Below are positions 1-8,703 of a DNA stretch of 64,000 nucleotides, piece after piece. Made by a program: the position numbers and the translations under genes. The DNA comes from an uncultured Candidatus Binatia bacterium (GTDB lineage Bacteria > Desulfobacterota > Binatia > UBA9968 > JAJDTQ01). Location of the stretch: positions 3,584,016 through 3,648,015 of the forward strand of contig OZ219754.1 in assembly GCA_964291295.2 (NCBI GenBank), given 5' to 3'. Below the pieces are notes generated by a model. It did no database searches, was not told the DNA's origin, and was given only the letters and a program-made list of their open reading frames with translations. Position 1 is the stretch's first letter, and the number at the start of each line of letters is the position of its first letter.

Positions 1-568
1 CGAGGTCATTCAGCGAATCCCGCAGTTCTCGAAGCCTGCGAAAATACGGGCGGCTGGCTTCGGCATCGCCGGCCAACGGCGGCACGATCATCAGCCCCTT
101 GACCCTGACGCGAGAGAGACCGGACACCTCCCGCAACAGCGGCTCGAGCCCCTCCTCGCTGACGCCTGTCTTGGTCCGCTCCCCGGCGAGGTTGACCTCC
201 ACCAGAACGTCGATGTACCGGTTCCGTTCCCGCCCTTCCCGGTCCAATGCTCGGGCCAGCCTGGGACTGTCCAGCGTCTGAATGACCGAGAACAGGGCCG
301 CGGCCGCCCGCGCCTTGTTCCTCTGAAGATGTCCGATGAGATGCCATTCGGCAATGTCGCCGGCGGCCTCCTTCTTGGCCTGCGCTTCCTGGACGTAGTT
401 CTCTCCCAGAAGACGCACGCCAGCCTCCACCGCGGCACCCACCGCGCGGGCGGACCGGCTCTTGGTGGCGGCAAGCAGCCGCACCTGCCGCGGGTCTCTG
501 CCGCTCCGTTCCGCGGCGCGGACGATACCGTCCATGACCCGTTTGCAGTTGCCCGCGATGTCGACCAT
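1..568 (-). CDS. yggS: YggS/PROSC family pyridoxal phosphate homeostasis protein (3' end runs off the window; not in the ORF track)
   Basis: Manual translation from ATG at 568: MVDIAGNCKRV...VRLLAATKS...GENYVQEA...WHLIGHLQRNK...IQTLDSPRLA...VLVEVNLAGERTKTG...VKGLMIVPP...RPYFRRLRELRD. These are the standard YggS motifs. Confidence 0.93.
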   Translation of the reverse strand, partial: MVDIAGNCKRVMDGIVRAAERSGRDPRQVRLLAATKSRSARAVGAAVEAGVRLLGENYVQEAQAKKEAAGDIAEWHLIGHLQRNKARAAAALFSVIQTLDSPRLARALDREGRERNRYIDVLVEVNLAGERTKTGVSEEGLEPLLREVSGLSRVRVKGLMIVPPLAGDAEASRPYFRRLRELRDSLNDL

Positions 569-687
569 TACCGTGTCGCGCCCCTGAAGCCGTCTTGAAC
601 CGACCCGCGTGCCCGCGTCTGCCGGGCAGGGCGGCCGTTCCCCACTATACTACCACAGGAACAGTATCCACCGTACTTCGGAGCGGG

Positions 688-729
688 TCCGTTCGCCCGG
701 GCCGGCACCAGCTGTCCCGGGCGAACGGA
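688..729. repeat. Perfect 14-bp inverted repeat (hairpin) in the divergent yggS-slt intergenic region
   Basis: TCCGTTCGCCCGGG (688-701) is the reverse complement of CCCGGGCGAACGGA (716-729). Confidence 0.7.
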
Positions 730-897
730 AGCGCCGCGCACCCCGATCCCTTCCCCGTGGCCTGCGGACTGCTGGAATCCCACCCAGCCGGCGCCACAGG
801 CAATTTCCGTGGGACAGGGATACACGGGGAGCCCCGATTCGCGTCCGATCATGGGACAAGGCTACAAATTTCCGGCATTCTGGATGACAATCCGGAC

Positions 898-3243
898 ATG
901 TCCTCCACACCCCCCTTCTCCCGAAGCATCCTGCGGCACACACACCCCGTTTCACGCGCAACCACAAAAAACCCTGCCCGTGGCGTCTGGACCCTTCTGG
1001 TGTGGCTGTCCGCCGCTCCCCTTTACGCCGGGACCGAAGCCGAGACGGATTTCGCACGGGCCTACCAGCACTACTCCGCAGGCGACCACGCGCGGGCGAA
1101 GCCGCTCTTCCGGAGCGCACTGGACGACTCCACCCTGGTCCTGAGGGACTACGTCCTCTTCCATCTCGGACGAATCGCCGTCGGAGAGCGGCGATACAAG
1201 GAGGCGCGCGGCTACTTTGCAGAGCTGCAGGAGTCCTGCCCCGGAAGCGTCTGGTGCACCGAGGCTTGGTTCGCGTTTGTCGAACTCGACCTGGCCGGGA
1301 AGCGCCGCGAGGCAGCCGTCCGACGCGCCGCCGCGCTCGGGAAGACAGCATCCGGAAGAACGGCGCGGGCGCGGGCCGCGTACTACCTCGGCCAGGCCCA
1401 CGAGGCCCTCGGCAACCACCGCAAGGCGTACCGCCGTCACCAGGAGGCGCGCCGGCGGGCACCCCGCTCGGTGTGGGCCGGCCGCGCTCGGGAACGGGTC
1501 CGGCAGCTGCGGCGGGAGCATCCGGAACAGCTCGGGCTTCGCGGCGGCGACGCCATGCTCCGGGAGGCCGGGAAACTGCAACGAGAGCGGGAATACGCCG
1601 CGGCCGCGGAACTCTACCGGCGCATCCTGCGCGAGACCCGGTTCCGCCGGCTGTCACTGGAAGGGCTCGCCGACGTCTACCGGAAGATGCGGCGGCGCGA
1701 CCAGGAGGAGCAGATCCTGCGCCGGTACATCAAGCACTATCCGCAACGCGCCCGAGCGGGGGCGGCGCTGACCCGGATCGCCGTCATCCAGTGGAACCGC
1801 GAAGACAACGCGGGAGCACTGGAGACCTTGCGCACGTTCCGGAGGAAATATCCCGGGCATGCCCGACAGCGCTTCGCCGTCTACATCACCGGGCGCATTC
1901 ACGAATCCATGGGACGGCGGAAGGCGGCGATCCGGACTTATCGACGGCTCTTGGCCAAGGAGCACCGCTTCAGCCGGTTCCGCGGCGACGCGGCGTGGCG
2001 GCTGGGGTGGCTCCACTATCTGGCGGCCGACTACCCGCCGGCAAAAGCCCGCTTCCACGACCTTGCCGGCAGGCGCGGGGCCTACCGGACGGCCGCGGTC
2101 TTCTGGGAGGCTCGCACCGCCGAGAAGCTGGAGGATGTCGCCACCGCCGCGCGGCTGTACCGGCGCGTGGTCCGGGAGGCTCCGGAGTCCTACTACGCGG
2201 TCCCGGCATCCCGGCGCCTCGCCGGACTGGGGGCCGCCGTTGCCCACCCGCCCCCGCCCGAGCCCGCCACGCCGGCGGCCGGCGCCCCTCGCCTGGGTGC
2301 CCGGGCCGGGCTCCACCTCGCCCGGGCACACGCGCTGATGCGGCTCGGTTTGAACCGGCTCGCCCATGGCGAACTCGACCGGGTCCGCAGGCACGCGAAA
2401 CGCACTGCCGGTGTCACCCGGCTGCTCATGCGCGAGTATGCCCGGAGCCGCGCGCACCACCGCGGTCTCTCGCTGGCGCTGCGGTCGCCAACCTCTCCCG
2501 AGACGCGGCGGCTGCGCTATCCGCTGGCCTATTGGGACATCGTGCGGCGTCATGCCAACGACGTGGATCCTTACCTGGTGTTGTCGCTGATGCGGCAGGA
2601 GAGCCGATTCCAGCGGCGGGCCGTGTCCCCCGCGAATGCCTTCGGACTCATGCAACTGATCCGGGAGACCGCGGACAGGGAGGCCGCGAAGATGGGGCTG
2701 CCGGAGCCCGAAACGCCGCAGCTCTTCGATCCGGAACTGAACATCAGGCTCGGGGTCCACCACCTCAAGGGGCTTCTCCAATACTACGCCGGCAACCGGG
2801 TCAGGGCCCTGGCTGCCTACAACGCCGGCAAGGAGGCGGTGGCGCGCTGGACGCGAAACTTCGCGTCCGACGACGACGCGGCGTTCATCGAGCGGATCTC
2901 CTACCGGGAGACGCGCCAGTACGTGAAGGCCGTCCTGCGCAACTATCACGTCTACCGGACCCTGTACCGCGGCGCGGCGGCGTGCGGGAGGTCGCCCGCG
3001 CCCCCGAAGCGTTGCCAGGAACAGTCTTGCCGCCGCCGGCGGCCGGCGAGCGTGCCGCGCCGCTGGCGCCTCCTTGAGGCCGAAACCGGCATATCGACAA
3101 CGAATGCGGCTCCGGATGGACCGATGGACCACTGGAGGCGGACCGCCGGCCCTGCCTGCGTCGCCCGCGCCGGTCAGCAACCGTGTCCCCGGGGCGTTGC
3201 GGTGGACAAGTCCCCGCCGTTCCCTGTATTGATGATCCGGTGA
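898..3243 (+). CDS. slt: Soluble lytic murein transglycosylase (Slt70-like, TPR repeats plus SLT domain)
   Basis: TPR-like helical repeats followed by SLT motifs LMRQESRF, AFGLMQL, ALAAYNAG and ISYRETRQYVKAV. Start uncertain (ATG 898 chosen). About 90 atypical residues follow YRTLY. Confidence 0.88.
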   Translation: MSSTPPFSRSILRHTHPVSRATTKNPARGVWTLLVWLSAAPLYAGTEAETDFARAYQHYSAGDHARAKPLFRSALDDSTLVLRDYVLFHLGRIAVGERRYKEARGYFAELQESCPGSVWCTEAWFAFVELDLAGKRREAAVRRAAALGKTASGRTARARAAYYLGQAHEALGNHRKAYRRHQEARRRAPRSVWAGRARERVRQLRREHPEQLGLRGGDAMLREAGKLQREREYAAAAELYRRILRETRFRRLSLEGLADVYRKMRRRDQEEQILRRYIKHYPQRARAGAALTRIAVIQWNREDNAGALETLRTFRRKYPGHARQRFAVYITGRIHESMGRRKAAIRTYRRLLAKEHRFSRFRGDAAWRLGWLHYLAADYPPAKARFHDLAGRRGAYRTAAVFWEARTAEKLEDVATAARLYRRVVREAPESYYAVPASRRLAGLGAAVAHPPPPEPATPAAGAPRLGARAGLHLARAHALMRLGLNRLAHGELDRVRRHAKRTAGVTRLLMREYARSRAHHRGLSLALRSPTSPETRRLRYPLAYWDIVRRHANDVDPYLVLSLMRQESRFQRRAVSPANAFGLMQLIRETADREAAKMGLPEPETPQLFDPELNIRLGVHHLKGLLQYYAGNRVRALAAYNAGKEAVARWTRNFASDDDAAFIERISYRETRQYVKAVLRNYHVYRTLYRGAAACGRSPAPPKRCQEQSCRRRRPASVPRRWRLLEAETGISTTNAAPDGPMDHWRRTAGPACVARAGQQPCPRGVAVDKSPPFPVLMIR

Positions 3244-4289
3244 ACAACCACGAACCCGCACAAATCCTCTCCGCCCGAGAACGCGCGGCCTGGAGCGTCA
3301 CGGCTCCGGCAATTCTGTCCCCCGGAAGGCACTCCGCCGACGATACCGCCGCCGGCACGGTCAAGACCCTGTTCGACCGCCCCCGGTGGCTGGAGCCCCG
3401 CCACCTGTACGACGAGCGGGGTTCGTTGTTGTTCGAGGAGATCTGCGCACTGCCGGAGTACTACCTGACACGCACCGAAGCGGCCATCCTCGAGCGCGAG
3501 GCTGGCGCACTGATGCGGCTGGTGCCGGTGGAGTGCATCGTGGAGCTCGGCGCCGGCTTCTCCAGGAAGACCGTGCATCTGCTCAAGGCCCTGAGCCGGA
3601 CCCGCGGCCGCGGCACCTTCGCCGCGGTGGACGTGAGCGCCACCGCCCTCATGGCCTCCAGACGCATGGCCGAGGATCTGTTCCCGGAACTGGCGTTCGC
3701 CGGACTCGAAGCCCGTTTCGAGGACGCCATCACCAGCATCACCCGCGACATTCCCAAGCTCGTGGTGTTCCTTGGCAGCACCATCGGCAACTTCACCGCC
3801 ACCGACATGCTGCATTTCTTCACGCACCTGTGCGATCACTTGGGGTCCGACGACTACCTGCTGCTCGGGGTCGATCGGATCAAGGATCCCGCGGTCATCG
3901 AAGCCGCCTACGACGACCCCCGGGGAGTGACCGCCGCCTTCATCCTCAACGCCTTCCGCAACATCAACCGCACCACCGGCGCCACCTTCCAGCCGGAGAA
4001 GATCGCCTTCCGGAGCCGCTACAACCGGGAGCGGGCGCAGGTGGAGATGCACGGCGTCAGCACCGAAACACACCGCGTGGACCTTCCGCGGCAGTCCGCT
4101 TCGTTCACCTGGGAAAAGGACGAGGGGATCCTGGTGGAGACCAGCCGCAAGTTCGACCCCGACGCCCTGCAGATACAGTTGCGGTCGTTCGGGCTCCGGA
4201 GCCTGGGGCACTGGACCGACCCGAACCGCTGGTTCTCGCTGCTGCTCTTCCGCCGGAGCGCACGCACCGGCGACCCGGAATCAAGATGA
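3240..4289 (+). CDS. egtD: L-histidine N-alpha-methyltransferase (hercynine synthase)
   Basis: Motifs LYDERGSLLFEEICALPEYYLTRTE, VELGAG, FLGSTIGNF, AAYDDPRGVTAAF and ETSRKF. The GTG at 3240 overlaps the slt stop (GTGA). Confidence 0.92.
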   Translation: MNNHEPAQILSARERAAWSVTAPAILSPGRHSADDTAAGTVKTLFDRPRWLEPRHLYDERGSLLFEEICALPEYYLTRTEAAILEREAGALMRLVPVECIVELGAGFSRKTVHLLKALSRTRGRGTFAAVDVSATALMASRRMAEDLFPELAFAGLEARFEDAITSITRDIPKLVVFLGSTIGNFTATDMLHFFTHLCDHLGSDDYLLLGVDRIKDPAVIEAAYDDPRGVTAAFILNAFRNINRTTGATFQPEKIAFRSRYNRERAQVEMHGVSTETHRVDLPRQSASFTWEKDEGILVETSRKFDPDALQIQLRSFGLRSLGHWTDPNRWFSLLLFRRSARTGDPESR

Positions 4290-5605
4290 AGAGAGTCCCC
4301 GATACTTCCCCCGCCTACGATCTGACGGATTCCCGGTTCTGGGACGAGACCGACCTGCGCTCCGAGGTGGAGCGCGTTTTCCACCTGTGTGCCGAATGCC
4401 GCCTGTGCGTGAAGTTCTGCGGCAGCTTCCCGAAGCTGTTCGACGCCATCGACTCGTACTGCACCGGGGAAGAGTTCGCGGAAGTGGACGCCACCCGGCT
4501 CAAGGCGGAAGACGTGGACGAGGTGGTGGACCTGTGCTTCCAGTGCAAGCTCTGCAACATCAACTGCCCCTACACGCCGGGGGACCACGACTGGGCCATC
4601 GACTTTCCGCGCCTCATGGCGCGCGCCAAGGCCCAGCATGTGAAGAAGCACGGAGTGCCGTTCACGGACCGGGTGCTGGGCAATCCCGACCTGGTGGGCA
4701 AGCTGGGTTCCGCCGCCGCGCCCCTGGCCAACTGGGGCAACGAGAACCGGGTGCACCGGCTGTTCATGCAGGGTGCCCTGGGCATCCACAAGGACAAGAA
4801 ACTGCCGCCGTTCGCATGGAAGACCTTCGCCTCCCGGTTCCGCGCCGCGCGCCAGGAGCCCGAGGCCGCGCCGGTGGCGAAAGTCGCCTACTTCACCACC
4901 TGTTTCGTCAACTACAACGAGCCCGGCATCGGACTGGACACGCTGGAAGTGATGGCCCGGAACGGCGTGGACGTGGCGCTGGCGTACCAGCAGTGCTGCG
5001 GCATGCCGTCGTGGCACAACGGCGACATGGACCGGGCCCGGGACCAGGCGCAGCGGAACGTCGCGTTCCTGACTCCGTTCGTCGAGGAGGGCCGAACCAT
5101 CGTCGCCACCAATCCCACCTGTTCGCTGACCCTGCGCGACGAGTACCCGCGTCTGCTGGGAACCCGGGCGGCCCGGGAGGTGGCCGGGCACACCACCGAT
5201 CCCGCGGCTTTCCTGGCCTCGCTTCACGCCGAAGGCAAGCTCAATCTCGACTTCAGGACCGGCCCGGGCAGGATCGCCTACCACATGCCGTGCCACTTGC
5301 GGGCCCAGCGGCTGGGCAACAAGACCCGCGACCTGCTGTCGCTGCTGCCGGACACCGAGGTCACGCTGATTCAGGCCTGCTCGGGGCACGACGGCACCTG
5401 GGCCATGAAACGGCAGAACTTCGAGGCCTCCATGCGCTGGGGACGGCAGGCTTTCAGGGACATGGACAACGCCGGAGCCGCGGTGGCCTGTTCCGATTGT
5501 CCCCTGGCCGCCATCCAGATCGAGCAGGCCACCGGCAGCCGTCCGCTGAACCCCTTGCAGATCCTGGCCAGGAGCTACCGCGGAGAGGACGACTGGGGCC
5601 CATGA
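4286..5605 (+). CDS. GlpC/HdrD-like Fe-S oxidoreductase (two 4Fe-4S motifs plus CCG domains)
   Basis: CAECRLCVKFC, CFQCKLCNINCP, QCCGMP, YHMPCH, CSGHDGTW and SDCPLA motifs. ATG at 4286 overlaps the egtD stop (ATGA). Confidence 0.88.
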   Translation: MKRVPDTSPAYDLTDSRFWDETDLRSEVERVFHLCAECRLCVKFCGSFPKLFDAIDSYCTGEEFAEVDATRLKAEDVDEVVDLCFQCKLCNINCPYTPGDHDWAIDFPRLMARAKAQHVKKHGVPFTDRVLGNPDLVGKLGSAAAPLANWGNENRVHRLFMQGALGIHKDKKLPPFAWKTFASRFRAARQEPEAAPVAKVAYFTTCFVNYNEPGIGLDTLEVMARNGVDVALAYQQCCGMPSWHNGDMDRARDQAQRNVAFLTPFVEEGRTIVATNPTCSLTLRDEYPRLLGTRAAREVAGHTTDPAAFLASLHAEGKLNLDFRTGPGRIAYHMPCHLRAQRLGNKTRDLLSLLPDTEVTLIQACSGHDGTWAMKRQNFEASMRWGRQAFRDMDNAGAAVACSDCPLAAIQIEQATGSRPLNPLQILARSYRGEDDWGP

Positions 5606-5740
5606 CCCCCACCGCGGCGCCGTTCATCATCGCGTGTGGCGGCAGACGACCGCCGAGCGGGCACGTCCGTCTCCGCTGACCGGATGGCCGGCCGCGCGGA
5701 CGTGTCGCACGGATCTGTTCACGGCGACTCGAGAAACCCC

Positions 5741-7711
5741 ATGAACGCCACCCTTGTCATCGACGAGCGCACACCCTTTGCCGGCGGCGCCGACTTCGGT
5801 ACTGCCGGTGCCTACGAACGGATCAAGGGACGGGTCCGCTTCGCCATCGATCCGGGCCTGCCCGCCAACCGGCACATCGTGGACCTGACGCTGGCGCCTG
5901 CGGACGACCGCGGCCGGGTGGCGTACTCGACGGAGTTCTTCATCCTCAAGCCCGTGGACATGAGCCGCGGCAACCGCCGGCTGCTCTACGACGTCAACAA
6001 CCGCGGCAACAAGCGGGCGCTCCAGTTCTTCAATGACGCCCCGCCCAACAACGATCCGCGCACGGCGGCAGACGCCGGGCACGGCTTCCTGATGAACCGG
6101 GGCTACACCGTGGCGTGGTGCGGATGGCAGGGAGACCTGCTCCCGGGGGACGGGCGCCTGACCATGGACCTGCCCGTCGCCCGCCGGACCGGCGGGCCGG
6201 TCACGGGGCCGTTCCGGGCCGAGTTCATCGTCGAGCAGCCCGGGGTGGCGACGGTCTCCCTGGGCGGACACGACTACATCCGACCCTGCCCCGCCGTGGA
6301 CCTGGACACCGGCGGGGCGACCCTCACCCGCCGTCGGCTGGAGCGGGACGCGCGCACGGCCGTACCCGCAAGCGACTGGCGGTTCGCCGCCGCGGATGCG
6401 GCCGGCAACCTCCGACCGTCGGACACGCACTGTCATCTTCCGGCGGGCTTTCGGCCCGGTTGGATCCACGAACTCGTTTACACGGCGCGGGATCCGCTGG
6501 TGCTGGGGCTGGGTTTCACCGGCGTGCGCGACTTCGTGGACTTCCTGCGGCACGCCGACGAGGATGCCGCCGGGCAGGCCAATCCACTGCGTGACGGGTC
6601 GCCGGGCATCGAGATGGCCTGCGCCTGGGGCCGTTCCCAGAGCGGCCGCTTCCTGCGCCAGTTCGTCTACGGGGGCTTCAACGCTTCGGACCGCGGCCAG
6701 CGCATCTTCGACGGCGTGTTCCCCCACGTGGCCGGTGGCGGGCGGCTCCAGCTCAACGGCCGCTTTGCGCAGCCCGACCGCTATCCCCGCCAGCACGAGG
6801 ATCACCTCTACCCCTCCGACGAGTTTCCCTTCGCCTACGGCCGCACCGAAGACCCTTTCACCGGAAAGCGGGACGCGATCCTGAAACGGCCGGCAATCGA
6901 CCCCCGGATCATCCACACCCAGACCGCCACCGAGTACTGGCAGCGGCGCGGCTCCCTGGTGCACACGGACCCCCTGGGCAACGACCTGCCGGAGCACGAG
7001 CAGGTCCGCGTCTACCTGCTTTCCTCCCTGCAGCACAACGACGCGGCCGCGGCGCTGGAAGGCGGCGCGCCCCGCTACCCGCAAAACCCGCTGCCGGCCA
7101 ATCCGGTCCTGCGCGCCCTGCTGTGCGCCCTGGACGAATGGATCACCAAAGGGGTGCCGCCCCCCGACAGCCGCATTCCCACGCGCTCCGACGGCCAACT
7201 CGTCACCGGCGACTCGTTCCGGGACAGCTTCCCGGCGGTGCCGGGAAGCGCCTGTCCCGACCCGCATGCGCTGCATCCGCTGGACCGCGGACCGAACTTC
7301 GCGGACGGCCTCCTTTCCCGCGAACCTCCATCGGAGGACAGGACCCGCGAATATCCGGTCCTGGTGCCCTCGGTGGACGCCGACGGCAACGAGCGCGCCG
7401 GCGTCCGGGTGCCGGAAGTGGCCGCGCCCCTGGCCACCTGCCTGGGATGGAACCTTCGCACGGACACGGTGGTGATGGCGGGCATCGTCGGCAGCGCCCT
7501 CCGCTTCGCCGAGACCGAGGAGGCGCGCGCGGCGCAAGGCGACCCGCGCCGCTCCATCCGGGCGCGCTACCCGTCCAGGGAGGCCTATCTGGACGCCGTC
7601 CGGGGAGCGGCCGAGGCCCTGCGGGAGCAACGCCTGCTGCTGGCCGAGGACATCGAGCGCTGCGTGGTGGCGGCGGGAAAGCGCTGGGATACACGGCACG
7701 ATACGCGGTAG
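5741..7711 (+). CDS. Large alpha/beta-hydrolase-domain protein (tannase-like, Abhydrolase_10 type)
   Basis: YERIKGRVRFAIDP, YDVNNRG, GWQGDL, nucleophile elbow WGRSQSGRFLR, EYWQRRGSL and VDADGNERAGVR. Start taken at ATG 5741. Confidence 0.8.
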   Translation: MNATLVIDERTPFAGGADFGTAGAYERIKGRVRFAIDPGLPANRHIVDLTLAPADDRGRVAYSTEFFILKPVDMSRGNRRLLYDVNNRGNKRALQFFNDAPPNNDPRTAADAGHGFLMNRGYTVAWCGWQGDLLPGDGRLTMDLPVARRTGGPVTGPFRAEFIVEQPGVATVSLGGHDYIRPCPAVDLDTGGATLTRRRLERDARTAVPASDWRFAAADAAGNLRPSDTHCHLPAGFRPGWIHELVYTARDPLVLGLGFTGVRDFVDFLRHADEDAAGQANPLRDGSPGIEMACAWGRSQSGRFLRQFVYGGFNASDRGQRIFDGVFPHVAGGGRLQLNGRFAQPDRYPRQHEDHLYPSDEFPFAYGRTEDPFTGKRDAILKRPAIDPRIIHTQTATEYWQRRGSLVHTDPLGNDLPEHEQVRVYLLSSLQHNDAAAALEGGAPRYPQNPLPANPVLRALLCALDEWITKGVPPPDSRIPTRSDGQLVTGDSFRDSFPAVPGSACPDPHALHPLDRGPNFADGLLSREPPSEDRTREYPVLVPSVDADGNERAGVRVPEVAAPLATCLGWNLRTDTVVMAGIVGSALRFAETEEARAAQGDPRRSIRARYPSREAYLDAVRGAAEALREQRLLLAEDIERCVVAAGKRWDTRHDTR

Positions 7712-7788
7712 GGCGTGCGGCACGACATGTGGCACGAACGCGCCGGGATACACGGCGGAATACACACGGCACGATACGGGACACGATA
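7688..7788. repeat. Degenerate ~12-bp tandem repeat (consensus approx. TACACGGCACGA, ~8 units) between convergent genes
   Basis: gatacacggcacgatacgcgg...cgtgcggcacgacatgtggcacga...gatacacggcggaatacacacggcacgatacgggacacgata. Confidence 0.6.
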
Positions 7789-7841
7789 GGCGGCAGGACA
7801 CCCGCCGGAGGGCGGGCGGTGCGGGTTCCGGGAACCGGAGG

Positions 7842-8624
7842 CTACGCCATCAGACCGTTGTCCCGCAGAAACTCCACCACCAGGGCGTCGAATCCCGCCG
7901 GGTCTTCGATGCAGCAGGCATGACCCGTACCCGGCAGCACCCGGTGCACCGCTCCAGGCGTCAAGGCCGCGGTTTTCCTGCCGCCCTCCAGCGACAGGTC
8001 GTGCTCGCCGTTGATGACCAGGGTCGGCACCCTCATCTCCGAAAGGCGCGGTGTCATGTCGGTGCCCGCGCGGGCGCGAAAGATCTGCGCGATGGACCTT
8101 CCCGAAAGCCACGAATTGCGCTCCAGGAAGATGTCCAGCAGGTACCGGCCGAGCCGCGTGTTCTCGAATCCCGGCGCCACCAGTTCCCTGATATGCCGCG
8201 CGTGATACGTGGCCGCATCGTCCGTATAGCCGCGGACACGTTCTTCGATGCGCGCCCCCCCGCCGCTGCTTCCACCCACCAGGATCACGCCCCGGAACAG
8301 ATCCGGATGATCGAGGCCCAGCAGCAGGGCGATGCCCGATCCCACGCTGACGCCGCCGATGACAGCCTCCCGCACGCCCTCGGCCCGGCACACCGCGAGC
8401 ACGTCCGCCGCCATGTCCCCCAGCGAGAACGGCGTCTCCGGCTTGTCGGACCTGCCGTAGCCCCGGATGTCCGGCGCGATGACCCTGAAGCAGGTCGAGA
8501 AGCGGGCCACCTGGTACAGGAGCAGATTGTGATCGAAGGGATTGGCGTGCACCCAGATGAAGGGCAATCCCTCTCCGGACACCTCGTAGTAAATGCGCAC
8601 TCCGTCGGAATCGGCATACGGCAT
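7842..8624 (-). CDS. Alpha/beta fold hydrolase
   Basis: IAPDIRGYGRS, nucleophile GVSVG, PTLVINGEHD and catalytic His in GTGHA. Confidence 0.92.
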   Translation of the reverse strand: MPYADSDGVRIYYEVSGEGLPFIWVHANPFDHNLLLYQVARFSTCFRVIAPDIRGYGRSDKPETPFSLGDMAADVLAVCRAEGVREAVIGGVSVGSGIALLLGLDHPDLFRGVILVGGSSGGGARIEERVRGYTDDAATYHARHIRELVAPGFENTRLGRYLLDIFLERNSWLSGRSIAQIFRARAGTDMTPRLSEMRVPTLVINGEHDLSLEGGRKTAALTPGAVHRVLPGTGHACCIEDPAGFDALVVEFLRDNGLMA

Positions 8625-8703
8625 GGGAACACCTCGAACACGGGCGGACAGATCACACGAGAAGGCGCCGCCGTTGCACCGGCGCGGGTGACGGCGCGGA
8701 GTC

